From: Candidatus Bilamarchaeaceae archaeon
GTDB lineage: Archaea; Micrarchaeota; Micrarchaeia; Anstonellales; Bilamarchaeaceae
NCBI GenBank assembly: GCA_038870635.1
Contig: JAVZJR010000001.1
Span: forward strand, 10,698 to 74,697
Direction: 5' to 3'
DNA length: 64,000 nt
A program made the position numbers and the translations under genes. Of the stretch, positions 48,273 through 58,333 are shown piece after piece; the first letter of the stretch is position 1; each line of letters begins with the position of its first letter. The notes below the pieces were generated by a model. It was not told the origin of the DNA. It was given only the letters and a program-made list of their open reading frames with translations, and made no database searches.

Positions 48273-49595
48273 ATGGCAAAATATTTTGGGACGAATGGTG
48301 CAAGAGGAAAAATAGATGAATTCCCTCCACACATAGCAAAAAAACTTGCATACGCAACAGGCGAATACCTTAAAAATGGAAGGATTCTACTTGCACGCGA
48401 TGGAAGAAATAGCGGCCAAATTTATTTTAATGCGATTTCAGAAGGTCTGCTTGAAGCAGGATGCACAGTAATCGATCTTGGAATGGTGACTTCTCCGACT
48501 GCAGAATTTATGATAAAAAAGCTGAATGCAGACGGGCTTGTGATAATAACCGCTTCTCACAATCCTCCAGAGTATAATGGTATGAAAGTAGTGGACGGCA
48601 ATGGCGTGGCTGTCTCCAAAGAAAGAGCAGAAGAAATAGAGATAATAGCGGAAAAACCAGCAACTAAAAAAAATGGAGTTATGAAAAAATACGAAAGGGC
48701 AACCGAAGACCACATAGAGGAGATTATAAAAAAAATCGATGTTGAAAAAATAAAAAAGATAAAACCACGCTTAGTGCTTGACTGTGGAAATGGAATGTCA
48801 TCACTCATAACACCTCAACTATTCAAAAGATTAGGATGCGAAGTAATACCTATAAACTCCCATGTTGATGGTAATTTTCCAGGCAGGCCTTCAGAACCAA
48901 CAGAGGCAAACGTAAGCGATATGTTGTCATTAGCCAAAGAGGTTGGGGCTGACGCTGGGATTGCATGGGATGGTGATGCAGATAGAGTAGCATTTGCAGA
49001 TGAAAACGGCCATTATGTAATAGGAGACAAGGTTTTTGCCCTTTCAGCTATCCTTAAGTTGAGAAAGGAGAGAGGAGATATAGTAACAACAGTAGCAACA
49101 ACAAAAGCAATGGAGGATATAGCAGAAAATTTTGGCGTTAAAGTAAGATACACTAAAATAGGTGCGCCATATCTATGCGAAGAGATGTTGAAGGGAAACG
49201 CGGCGATTGCAGGGGAAGAGGTTGGCGGAGTGATTTGGCCAGAGATATCGCTAGCAAAAGAAGGCATATATACAGCTGCGAAGATAGTAGAAGCGATATG
49301 TGAAAAAAAACTTTCAGAGTGGATTAAAGATTTGCCTCAATATGTAAACATAAAAGAAAAAATAAAGGCAGATGATAAAAAGAAAAAAGAAATAATTAGA
49401 AAAATGTTAGAATACGCAAAAACAAATAATCTCAATTACATCGACATAGATGGAGTTAGAATAAATTATGATTGTGGGTGGGTTATAGTTAGAGCATCAG
49501 GTACAGAAGATTACGTTAGAATATTCGCAGAGGCAAAGAGCACCAAAGAAGCAAAAGAATTAATAAACAAGCATAGATTAATAATCGGTGAGTAA
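48273..49595 (+). CDS. Phosphoglucosamine mutase / phosphomannomutase-phosphoglucomutase
   Basis: FGTNG.RG, TASHNPPEYNG.K, DGDADR, GEEVGG, RASGTE. Confidence 0.93.
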   Translation: MAKYFGTNGARGKIDEFPPHIAKKLAYATGEYLKNGRILLARDGRNSGQIYFNAISEGLLEAGCTVIDLGMVTSPTAEFMIKKLNADGLVIITASHNPPEYNGMKVVDGNGVAVSKERAEEIEIIAEKPATKKNGVMKKYERATEDHIEEIIKKIDVEKIKKIKPRLVLDCGNGMSSLITPQLFKRLGCEVIPINSHVDGNFPGRPSEPTEANVSDMLSLAKEVGADAGIAWDGDADRVAFADENGHYVIGDKVFALSAILKLRKERGDIVTTVATTKAMEDIAENFGVKVRYTKIGAPYLCEEMLKGNAAIAGEEVGGVIWPEISLAKEGIYTAAKIVEAICEKKLSEWIKDLPQYVNIKEKIKADDKKKKEIIRKMLEYAKTNNLNYIDIDGVRINYDCGWVIVRASGTEDYVRIFAEAKSTKEAKELINKHRLIIGE

Positions 49596-50096
49596 ATGGC
49601 GAGGATCCTCTTGGTGCTCGCTGATGGTTTTTTGAATGCAGAGTATAAAATAAAAACATTACTAGAAAGAAAGGGACACGATGTAAGAGTTGCAAGCAAA
49701 CAGAGAATTACAATAACAAGCAAAGATGGAGAAAAGATAATGCCTGACCTTGCCCTTTATGAAATAAACCCAGATTACTTTGATTTTGTTATCATAGCTG
49801 GACAAGATATGAAAAAAATTATAACACCGGAAACAATAAATGCGATAAGGAAATGCGCAGCGAAAAAAGGTGTTGCTGGAGTAAACGAGGGTGCAGTCGC
49901 GCTGGCGTTTGCAGGTATTCTTAATGGAAAGAACGCAACTGTTGCTCGAGAAGAAAAATCAATAAAATTTTTAAGAGATTCTGGCGCGAAATATAAAAAT
50001 GAAGAAATAGTACTTGATGGAAATATACTCACTGCTGCTTATCCTGAAATGGTAGAGGAGATAGCAGACAATATAGATAAGATAGTAAAAAAATAG
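49596..50096 (+). CDS. DJ-1/PfpI family protein lacking the nucleophilic Cys
   Basis: ILLVLADGF..AEY, AGILNGKNAT, VLDGNILTA; AGVNEG in place of AAICHG. Confidence 0.8.
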   Translation: MARILLVLADGFLNAEYKIKTLLERKGHDVRVASKQRITITSKDGEKIMPDLALYEINPDYFDFVIIAGQDMKKIITPETINAIRKCAAKKGVAGVNEGAVALAFAGILNGKNATVAREEKSIKFLRDSGAKYKNEEIVLDGNILTAAYPEMVEEIADNIDKIVKK

Positions 50097-50104
50097 GTGA
50101 TAAG

Positions 50105-50302
50105 TTGATAACAATAAGACATGAAGGATGTATTGTTTGCGCTGGTTGCGCAGCTGTTTGTCCAACTGGTGCGCTTGAGTTAGTAGGAAATAGGATAGAA
50201 TACTACCCTGAAAAATGCATAAAATGTGGCGCTTGCGTAAAGGTGTGCCCAGCAAGCGTTATAAAACTTGAGAGAGGTGCGAAAAATGAAAACAAATTAT
50301 GA
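50105..50302 (+). CDS. 2[4Fe-4S] ferredoxin
   Basis: Two CxxCxxCxxxCP motifs. Confidence 0.93.
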   Translation: MITIRHEGCIVCAGCAAVCPTGALELVGNRIEYYPEKCIKCGACVKVCPASVIKLERGAKNENKL

Positions 50303-51500
50303 TGCTATAGTTATTGGTGGCGGGCCAGCTGGCTCTACCTTTGCGCGATTGGTTGCAGCAGAGGGAATGGAAGTACTTGTTATAGATAAAAGAAAGGAAA
50401 TAGGTGTTCCAGTTAGATGCGGTGAAGGACTTGGAGCAAGAGAAGTAATCGCACAAGGCCTAGAATTGCCAAAAAGGTGCATTTCAACAGAAATAGTAGG
50501 CGCAAAAGTGGTTGCACCAAATGGCAAAGAAATAATCTGGAAAGACAAGACTACAACAGGTTGGGTACTCGAAAGAAAACTCTTTGACAAATGGCTGTGC
50601 GAATTAGCAATAGAAAAAGGAGCGGAAGTAAGAACTTATACGAGAGCAACAGAGCTCATAAAGAAAGATGGAAAGATAATAGGATTAAAAGTAGTGCAGT
50701 GGGGAAATAACGAACAAGAAATCTATGCACCGCTTATAGTATCAGCAGAAGGAATGGAAGCAAGAATCGCAAAACAAGCAGGATTTGATACAACGCACAG
50801 GCTATATGACGTTGACACATGCTACCAATATGAAATGAAACCATATGACCACGAAAACCTTATAGAGTTATATTTTGGAAACAAAGTTGCGCCAAGGGGT
50901 TATGTTTGGATATTCCCAAAAGCAGATAGAAGAGCAAATGTTGGTATAGGAATAGGGGGCAACCTTACTAATGGAAATAAAAACGGCATCCCTGGTGCTG
51001 ATCCTAAAATTCTTTTGGATAAATTTATAGAGAACCATCCGACACTAAAAGATGCGAGCACTCTCGTAGATTTTGGTGGTGTTATAAGTGTTGGTGCGCC
51101 ACTTAATGAATTCGTCAAAGATAATTTTATGGTCATCGGAACGGCTGCAAAACAAGTTGACCCTATCCACGGAGGAGGCATAGCGCTGGCTATGGAAACA
51201 TCCGTAATGGCGGCAGAAGTGGCTTTGAAAGCACATAAGAAAAGAGATTACAGCGCCCAAGCGCTAAAAGAATACGAAAAGAAATGGTTCCCCTCATTAG
51301 GAAAGAAGATGGAAAAAAGATTAATGCTTAGAAAAGTATTGGAAAAACTAAATGACGATGACTTAGACTATATATTCAATGCGATAACACCAACCGATCT
51401 TAATGATGTAATGGAAGGTAGATTTGCAGGTCCTGTCGCAAAAGTACTGGCGGGCAGACCGCAGTTGCTAAAAATCTTAAGCGTTCTCGTAGGAAAATAA
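50286..51500 (+). CDS. Digeranylgeranylglycerophospholipid (geranylgeranyl) reductase
   Basis: GGGPAG, PVRCGEG, APRGYVWIFPK, DPIHGGGI. Confidence 0.9.
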   Translation: MKTNYDAIVIGGGPAGSTFARLVAAEGMEVLVIDKRKEIGVPVRCGEGLGAREVIAQGLELPKRCISTEIVGAKVVAPNGKEIIWKDKTTTGWVLERKLFDKWLCELAIEKGAEVRTYTRATELIKKDGKIIGLKVVQWGNNEQEIYAPLIVSAEGMEARIAKQAGFDTTHRLYDVDTCYQYEMKPYDHENLIELYFGNKVAPRGYVWIFPKADRRANVGIGIGGNLTNGNKNGIPGADPKILLDKFIENHPTLKDASTLVDFGGVISVGAPLNEFVKDNFMVIGTAAKQVDPIHGGGIALAMETSVMAAEVALKAHKKRDYSAQALKEYEKKWFPSLGKKMEKRLMLRKVLEKLNDDDLDYIFNAITPTDLNDVMEGRFAGPVAKVLAGRPQLLKILSVLVGK

Positions 51501-51560
51501 AACAATTAAAAACCCTATGAAACAAAATTATAGTGTTAAAAAAAATATTTTGGTGATAAA

Positions 51561-51908
51561 ATGGCTGGCGGACCGGAGTTAAAGGGACATGAAGAAACAG
51601 AATTGCCTCCAAAAGAAATAATACCAAAAAAAATAACAGGTGTCCAATATAAAATTGAAGTGGGAGACAAAGTGTACATAGTGGAACTTGAAAAAGGCGA
51701 ACATTTCAAAAAAGGAAGAAAATCAGCAGATATATACGCCCAAGAACTAATGACGGCAATTTCAAAAGCAAAAAATATTTATCGTGAGGAAGGAGATAAA
51801 AAAATAGAATTGACAGAAGACGAGAAGTCTAATCTTAGGTCAACCATATTAAAACTATACAATGAAAACAAAGTTGCTGAAGTAATTGTTGAGAAAATAA
51901 AACAGTGA
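51561..51908 (+). CDS. Hypothetical protein
   Basis: 115-aa ORF with GGTGA SD; no recognisable motif. Confidence 0.6.
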   Translation: MAGGPELKGHEETELPPKEIIPKKITGVQYKIEVGDKVYIVELEKGEHFKKGRKSADIYAQELMTAISKAKNIYREEGDKKIELTEDEKSNLRSTILKLYNENKVAEVIVEKIKQ

Positions 51909-51912
51909 GCAA

Positions 51913-52389
51913 ATGGGAAGAAGAATAGCAGCAGTGATAATAGCTGCAGCTATAATACTCAATCCTCACACGCCCCCGATATTTAAAAAAGAAAGACCGC
52001 TAGTTGAGCATATAAAAAACGGTGAGAGGATAATAAAAAAAATAGATAAAAAAAACGGTGTTTATACGATAACAGACAAAGGGATTATTTTTGAGGAAAA
52101 AAATCCCAAAGTAGTGTCCGTAGAAGAAGTAGGAACAATAAATAACAATGGAAAAAGCATTAAAATAACAAAGCAGCAAATCGAAAAAGGACGGGAATTA
52201 ATATGGGAAGACAGTGGTTGCACTGATTTTATTTGTATGAAAGAAAGCGAAGATGATAGAGTACAAGTGCTATTAAAAAACAATAAAGGCGATATTTGCG
52301 TCGTTGATATAAAATTAGAAGATGATATAGACAAGGTCAGGGCGAGAGTTAGAAAAATGAAAAATAGTCAAATACCAGATTGCCGTTAA
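51913..52389 (+). CDS. Hypothetical protein with N-terminal signal/anchor
   Basis: MGRR + hydrophobic stretch. Confidence 0.6.
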   Translation: MGRRIAAVIIAAAIILNPHTPPIFKKERPLVEHIKNGERIIKKIDKKNGVYTITDKGIIFEEKNPKVVSVEEVGTINNNGKSIKITKQQIEKGRELIWEDSGCTDFICMKESEDDRVQVLLKNNKGDICVVDIKLEDDIDKVRARVRKMKNSQIPDCR

Positions 52390-53536
52390 ATAAAACAGAT
52401 TTCACTTTTCCTTTTAGTATTTGACCTTCAAAAGGCGACCATTTACATTTTGTATAGAGTTCCTCGCCTTCCACTTTCCATTCTTTTTTTAGATCAACTA
52501 TAGTTATGTCTGCCTTTGCACCTTCTCTTATCTCGCCACGATCGCTCAATCTAAAAAGTCTAGAAGGTACTGCTGACATTTTTTTAATTATTTCTTCCAA
52601 AGAGAGAATCCTTTCATGGTACAACTTTAACATAAGAGCTAATGACGTTTCTAGACCTGGAAAACCGTGCGCACCGTTCTCTTTATCTTCTAATGTATGT
52701 GGTGCATGATCAGTTGCTATACAATCAATGAGAGAAATATTTTGAAGTAATTTTTTTCGTACACTATCACTTCTTAAATTAGGGTAAACAGTTCCTTTGT
52801 TTCCAAGACGAGCTGCATCTTTTGAAGATAAAAATAAATAATGGGGTGCGGTTTCTGTTGTTATGTTAAAAAAACGAGCCTTCTCAAGTTCTTCGCTAGC
52901 CGAAACGTGCGCTATGTGGCAATTTCTTTTATATTTTTTTGCAAGAAAGCCAACTGAAGATATGTTTTCTATTGTTTTTTCTATCTGTGTTACTTCATCG
53001 CCTTCTGAAGAAGAAGCATGAAAAACAAAAACCCCATCAAATGTTTGGAAGTGTTTCTCTATTGAATCTTTTTCTTTTAGTAAAAGATCACCAGTAGTCT
53101 TACCTAAATAAAACTTCATAGATAATGCTCCTGCTTTTTTTGCTTCACCCTGGTTATTATCAGTCGCACCAAAATGGAAAAAAACATCACACAATGCTTT
53201 CTTTTTTGCAAGCTCTTTTTTTTCTTTATAGCGCGCGATAGTAATTGTAGGTAAAGGATTATTTGGCATATCAATTACTGTTGTAAATCCGCCTGCAATC
53301 GCCGCCATTGTCCCGCTTTTAAAATCTTCTTTGTACTCTGCACCAGGTTCACGAAGATGAACGTGCGGGTCAATAAGACCAGGAAAAACAATGCAGCCTT
53401 TTGCATCGTAATAAGAATCTGCTTTTAAGTTATGGCCAATCTTAACAATTCTTTCTTCATCGATTAATATCTCAAGTTCTCTAAACTCATCCCTAAAAAA
53501 AACTAAACCGTTTTTTATGCAAAGCAAACTATGCAC
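52349..53536 (-). CDS. pyrC: Dihydroorotase (amidohydrolase superfamily)
   Basis: PGLIDPHVHLREPG, GGFTT..DMPN, PHYL, ATDHAPH, GFPGLET. Confidence 0.9.
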   Translation of the reverse strand: MHSLLCIKNGLVFFRDEFRELEILIDEERIVKIGHNLKADSYYDAKGCIVFPGLIDPHVHLREPGAEYKEDFKSGTMAAIAGGFTTVIDMPNNPLPTITIARYKEKKELAKKKALCDVFFHFGATDNNQGEAKKAGALSMKFYLGKTTGDLLLKEKDSIEKHFQTFDGVFVFHASSSEGDEVTQIEKTIENISSVGFLAKKYKRNCHIAHVSASEELEKARFFNITTETAPHYLFLSSKDAARLGNKGTVYPNLRSDSVRKKLLQNISLIDCIATDHAPHTLEDKENGAHGFPGLETSLALMLKLYHERILSLEEIIKKMSAVPSRLFRLSDRGEIREGAKADITIVDLKKEWKVEGEELYTKCKWSPFEGQILKGKVKSVLFNGNLVFDYFSFF

Positions 53537-55271
53537 CTATGACAAGTTGACCTGTAAATATTAATGAGAGAATACGCAAAATTAAAAGCGAAAATTCTTT
53601 AATTATTCTAAAGGCAATTTTCATATACCATTGGTTGCGGTTATTAATCGTATCCAAAAGATCCTTAAACGCCTCTTTTTCACCAGGCCCCATCTTACTC
53701 TCAGTAACTTTTTTATGCTCCTTTCCATCAACTATAGTGATCTCTTCTTGTTTTCCTATTTGCTTTTTTGCTTGCTCATACCACGGTGGTAAAGAAGAAC
53801 GCTTTTTTATAATAGCTCTCGTAAAATCTGCGATATTCACCGGTCTTTGAACAACTTGTTTTTTAGCCAATTCTTCTGCTTTTGCTTTATCCATTCCTTT
53901 TTTAATGTACTCTTCTGTCTTTTTCTGAATCGCAAAAAATGCTTCTAACCATGGATAAGTAGACGCTTCATCCACTATTGCTTTAAGGTCAGAAGATGCA
54001 TAGCCCCATGTCGCAAGTGCAAGAAGGCGATAAGGAATAAAAAATGATAAAGGCCTTTTCTTTGCATGCATCTTTATTATTTCCGTTCTTGATTTAAAAT
54101 CAGGCTCAGGAATATATATAGTTTTACTGAAACGACCACTTCTTCTCAAAGCTGGATCAACATCCCACGGAGCGTTTGTAGCGGCTATAGTTAGGACGTT
54201 TTCATTATGTGCTTCTACACCATCCATTTCATAAAGCATTTGATTAACTGCCATTCTCATATATTGTTGACCCTCACCTTGGTCTCTTCTACCACCAATA
54301 GCATCAACTTCATCAAAAAAGAGAATACATGGTGCATTTTTTCGTGCAAGTTCAAAAACTTTATGTATATTCTTTTCGGTATTACCTACATACATATCTA
54401 ACAAGTCGCTCAATTTAGCGTTTATAAAACCTGCTTTGCACTCTCCTGCTGCTGCTTTTACGATATATGTTTTTCCGCATCCTGGCGGGCCATACATTAA
54501 AATACCGCCGCCACCCAGTTTTCCGTATTTTCTCGCCAACTCTGGATTCATCATAGGATAAACAATGGATTTTCTTATTTCTTCTTTCATTTTTTCCATA
54601 CCCGCAACATCATTAAAAGACATGTTAGGCTTTTGGAGCATCTTTATGTCTGCACCTGCTTTTCCCTCCTCACCTTTTCCTTGAGACTCCTTCTTTTCCT
54701 TAACGCTTTCAAGATGCTGTTTTGCTTCAGTGAGTTCAGGATTAAGTTTTAAAGCTTGTTCATAATCCGCAATCGCACCATCAAGGTCGCCGCCGTATTC
54801 GCGAGCTAAACCTCGAAGGTGGTAAGCTTCTGCAAAATCAGGTTTTAATTCAATAACTTTACTAAAATCCTCAACTGCTTTATCGTAATCCTCTAAAGAA
54901 GCATAAGAAAGTCCTCTATTGTAATATGCTTTAAGGTAATTGTTATTTAACTGAATAGCCTTATCATAATCTTTTATAGCGCTGTTGTAATCCTGCAATC
55001 TGTAATAAGCATCCCCTCGATTATTATAAATAAAAGGATTATGAGGGTCAAGCTCTGCTGCTTTTGTATAATCAGCTATAGATTTCTCAAAATTTTTTAA
55101 TTGATAATAACTAAGAGCACGATTAAAATAAGCTTCAGAGAACATTGGATTGAGAAGAACAGCCATATTGTAATTTTCTATAGCTTTATCATAATCGCCT
55201 TTTTCATAATAATCATTACCTAATTGATAGTAAGTTTTTGCATCTGTTGGATTCGGCTTTCGAATAACCAT
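53529..55271 (-). CDS. TPR-repeat AAA+ ATPase
   Basis: Five 34-aa TPRs; GPPGCGKT, MYVG pore loop, FFDEVD, ATNAPWDVDPALRRSGRF; hydrophobic C-tail. Confidence 0.9.
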   Translation of the reverse strand: MVIRKPNPTDAKTYYQLGNDYYEKGDYDKAIENYNMAVLLNPMFSEAYFNRALSYYQLKNFEKSIADYTKAAELDPHNPFIYNNRGDAYYRLQDYNSAIKDYDKAIQLNNNYLKAYYNRGLSYASLEDYDKAVEDFSKVIELKPDFAEAYHLRGLAREYGGDLDGAIADYEQALKLNPELTEAKQHLESVKEKKESQGKGEEGKAGADIKMLQKPNMSFNDVAGMEKMKEEIRKSIVYPMMNPELARKYGKLGGGGILMYGPPGCGKTYIVKAAAGECKAGFINAKLSDLLDMYVGNTEKNIHKVFELARKNAPCILFFDEVDAIGGRRDQGEGQQYMRMAVNQMLYEMDGVEAHNENVLTIAATNAPWDVDPALRRSGRFSKTIYIPEPDFKSRTEIIKMHAKKRPLSFFIPYRLLALATWGYASSDLKAIVDEASTYPWLEAFFAIQKKTEEYIKKGMDKAKAEELAKKQVVQRPVNIADFTRAIIKKRSSLPPWYEQAKKQIGKQEEITIVDGKEHKKVTESKMGPGEKEAFKDLLDTINNRNQWYMKIAFRIIKEFSLLILRILSLIFTGQLVIGA

Positions 55272-55360
55272 AATACCACTGCGATGTCTTAGATTTAATC
55301 TTACTAATTAATTTAAAACCTATTGTGTTTAATTTTTAAACTTTTCTTATTAAGGCAAAA

Positions 55361-56530
55361 TCAAGGCTGCGTCCATTCTATTTCATAATATTCGTAATCA
55401 CTACTGCCCAGCTCTATTTTTCTTATTATGTAATATGTAACACTACTTTCACGATCGCTTATTGCCATAAGCATCTCAAGACCATAGTGATCACACTCTG
55501 CCAATGCTTTTGCAAGTTCTTCGCCACCGATGTATTCATCTTCGCTCAAAGAGTACATGAGAAATTGGGGCGCGCCAGTTTTCGGTGTTTCTATTCCATC
55601 TTTTTTTCTTGGATAGAGTAAAAAATCCAACCGTGGTTTTTTAGGATTAACTTTTATCTCTGTTTTCTTTCCAGGGATGGCAAGTATAAAAGTTTTTTTA
55701 ACGCTGTGGGCAACACGAATTGCCCTCGCCCATTCAGAAATAAGCATTTTGTCTTTTCTTGAGAAAACATGTAAAACATGCTTGGAGTGGATCCATTCTC
55801 CAGCAGTGTTCACTGGTGAGGCGCCGGGGAAATATATACGAAAATGAGTGCCAAATTTAAAACCTGTTTTAACTATATACCCCCTATTTCTCCAATCCTC
55901 ATATACAGAATAAATGTCCTCAAAATATTTTATTCTTTTCTTGGCGATTTTTATAACACCATCCAAAGAACAGTTTTTTAACTTCAGAATTTTTTTCTTA
56001 CAGAGAAAAATAGTTTCATAAATATCAAGCTTACTTATGCGTCCCCGATGGGCTGCTTTATACGTACCGAATTGACCAAGCCAATACTTCTCGTAAAGAA
56101 TCTTTCCTTTGTTTTCGTCGTCAATCACCGTCATAAGGTCATCAATAAAAAAAACGCCCTCAACTTTTATATCGTCTATCTTTAAAACATCAATCCTATA
56201 TTTTTTTGCAATGCTTCTCCCATAAGAACCATACGCCTCGGTCGCAGGGCGGGCTATAAGGCCCTTATCGCGCCAGTCCTTGTAAGTAAGATAACGAGCA
56301 AGAAGTTTTTTATTTTTTAGATAAGCCAAAGCTAACTCACTAAAAGAGTGCTCTTTATCACTAAGGTCAAAACAACGTCCGTTTCTTATATCCATTATAT
56401 AAAGCGCTTCTTCTATAGAAAGGATTCTTTTATCAATCTCCTGATAACCATAAAAACCATTTTGAAGAGAGGTAATATCTGCAGGATCACTCGCCCATAT
56501 TTTTTTCTTATCCCAGTGCAATTTTATCAT
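55361..56530 (-). CDS. endA: tRNA splicing endonuclease, probably three-unit epsilon2 type
   Basis: LSIEEALY, Y.DWR.RG..VKTGFKFGTHFRIY, HS, RVAHSVKK, D.ESSVTYY; 389 aa. Confidence 0.9.
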   Translation of the reverse strand: MIKLHWDKKKIWASDPADITSLQNGFYGYQEIDKRILSIEEALYIMDIRNGRCFDLSDKEHSFSELALAYLKNKKLLARYLTYKDWRDKGLIARPATEAYGSYGRSIAKKYRIDVLKIDDIKVEGVFFIDDLMTVIDDENKGKILYEKYWLGQFGTYKAAHRGRISKLDIYETIFLCKKKILKLKNCSLDGVIKIAKKRIKYFEDIYSVYEDWRNRGYIVKTGFKFGTHFRIYFPGASPVNTAGEWIHSKHVLHVFSRKDKMLISEWARAIRVAHSVKKTFILAIPGKKTEIKVNPKKPRLDFLLYPRKKDGIETPKTGAPQFLMYSLSEDEYIGGEELAKALAECDHYGLEMLMAISDRESSVTYYIIRKIELGSSDYEYYEIEWTQP

Positions 56531-56564
56531 GTCCTATCGCCTCTCTCTAAAAAATAAATCACTA

Positions 56565-57212
56565 TCAAATGTCGCTATATTGCGTCAATTTTTTTTGTTT
56601 TACTGTTTCAAGTGTTTTCCATTTCTTTCTAATGAATTTATCTGCAACTTTCAAAAAAGAAGGACTTTTAAGCGACTCCCTCGTCTTCTCATCACTAGGG
56701 TAACCACTCCCAAAATCCATACCCAACTGTTCTTTTATTTTTTCTATTTTTTCGTCTCTTTTCACCTTAGCAAATATAGACGCTGCTGCAACGATAGGAA
56801 ACTTTTCATCTGCTTTGTGTTCTGCCTCAAACTTTTCGCAGTTAAACTTTTTCATCCTTGAACGAAATGTCCTTCCATACCTGTCGGGCATGTCTATGAA
56901 AACGTCTGTATTTTTTAACTGCTTTATAAGCATTGACATAAACATTGCTTCTATATCATTGAGAGAGTATTTTTTCATAAGTTTGTTAAGGTCTTCAGCG
57001 CTTACTTCGACCCACTTGAAATCACAAATGGTTTTTAGTTCTTCAAGTATTTTTTTTCTTTGTTCGGGAGTAAGTTGCTTGGAGTCTTTTTTACAAAGTT
57101 CCTTAAGTTTTTTTTCATATTTTCTATTGCACACAGCACAGCATATAACAAGAGGCCCTATAACAGGGCCACGCCCTGCCTCATCTACGCCGGCAATAAA
57201 AAGAGAAGACAT
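56565..57212 (-). CDS. rnhB: Ribonuclease HII with C-terminal PIP box
   Basis: GVDEAGRGPVIGP, DSKQL, HKAD...VAAASI.AKV.RD, GSGYPSD; QKKLTQY. Confidence 0.95.
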   Translation of the reverse strand: MSSLFIAGVDEAGRGPVIGPLVICCAVCNRKYEKKLKELCKKDSKQLTPEQRKKILEELKTICDFKWVEVSAEDLNKLMKKYSLNDIEAMFMSMLIKQLKNTDVFIDMPDRYGRTFRSRMKKFNCEKFEAEHKADEKFPIVAAASIFAKVKRDEKIEKIKEQLGMDFGSGYPSDEKTRESLKSPSFLKVADKFIRKKWKTLETVKQKKLTQYSDI

Positions 57213-57218
57213 AAAAAA

Positions 57219-57476
57219 TTAGTAATTTATGTTTCTTCTATCGATTATGATGTAGTCGCCAACCGCAGTTACGGCTTCATAAGGAACATAAACTAAACCA
57301 TCTTCTTTCTTTAATTTTACAGCCAGTTCGCATTCAGGGTTTGGTTCACTTACTAGCGACTCTATTTTACCAGTTACTTCATTTATATTAAGGTCGATTA
57401 AGCGACCAAAATCCTCACCTTCATTTGTTATAATCTTTCTTCCAGAAAGTTGTCTGGCTATCAGGTATTTCACCAT
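57219..57476 (-). CDS. PRC-barrel protein (CdpB-like)
   Basis: LSGRKII..EG..FG...D......G.I, VPYEAV.AVGDYIII. Confidence 0.85.
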   Translation of the reverse strand: MVKYLIARQLSGRKIITNEGEDFGRLIDLNINEVTGKIESLVSEPNPECELAVKLKKEDGLVYVPYEAVTAVGDYIIIDRRNINY

Positions 57477-57561
57477 ATTTGATCACCTTTGACTTACAAT
57501 GCACAGAAATGTTATTTAAACTTTATAAAGATTTGTTTTTAACATTTTGTAAAAACAAAAC

Positions 57562-57798
57562 CTATTCTTTTATTTTCAACAATGATTTTACTCTTTCTAC
57601 ATCAAAACCAACAATTATCTGACCATCTATTTCTATAACTGGAATGCTGTACTGTTTACTCTTTCTTAAAACTTCTTCTGCATTTTCTTCTATATCAACA
57701 TCTTTCCACTCAAACGGAATGTTATGATTTTCAAAGAACATCTTAGCGCGTAGGCACCATTGGCACCATGGTGCACCGTATAAAATTACTTTTGCCAT
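57562..57798 (-). CDS. Glutaredoxin/NrdH-like redoxin
   Basis: CQWC, IPVIEIDG..IVGFD. Confidence 0.9.
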   Translation of the reverse strand: MAKVILYGAPWCQWCLRAKMFFENHNIPFEWKDVDIEENAEEVLRKSKQYSIPVIEIDGQIIVGFDVERVKSLLKIKE

Positions 57799-57917
57799 AT
57801 TTGAAATTGGATATATAAGAGTTTAAAAATACAGCCTACATGTCGTAAAACATTGCGCGCAGCAATGGTTTTAAACTATTTGTTTTTAATCACTAACACA
57901 AACAGGGAGGTTTTACA

Positions 57918-58310
57918 ATGGCAATTGTAGGAGAAAGAATAAGGGAGATTAGCGGTCGAAAGCAAAAATCTGAACAGATAAAAGGATTGAACATGAGCAT
58001 AAGTATAGATGATGTAAGAGTAAACGACAAAAATATAGAGATTGATTACGCATACGCGGCAAATTATGAAGAAGGTGTTGGAAATATAACTATAAAAGGA
58101 ACAATACTTGCAGTAGAGGACAGTGTCCAAGCAAAAAAAATAAATGAAGAATGGAAGAAAAATAAAAAACTTCCAGAGGACTACACCACTACTATCTTAA
58201 GTGCGATAAACTATAGCGGAAGCGCAAATGGCACATTGATAGCGAGAGTGCTAAATCTCGCAGCTCCACTCATACCACCAAGAATCGAACTATCTAAACC
58301 ATCTAAATAA
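57918..58310 (+). CDS. Hypothetical protein (archaeal, alpha/beta)
   Basis: 130-aa ORF with GGAGG SD; ends LAAPLIPPRI. Confidence 0.65.
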   Translation: MAIVGERIREISGRKQKSEQIKGLNMSISIDDVRVNDKNIEIDYAYAANYEEGVGNITIKGTILAVEDSVQAKKINEEWKKNKKLPEDYTTTILSAINYSGSANGTLIARVLNLAAPLIPPRIELSKPSK

Positions 58311-58333
58311 TATTTTCTTTTTTTCTAATATTT

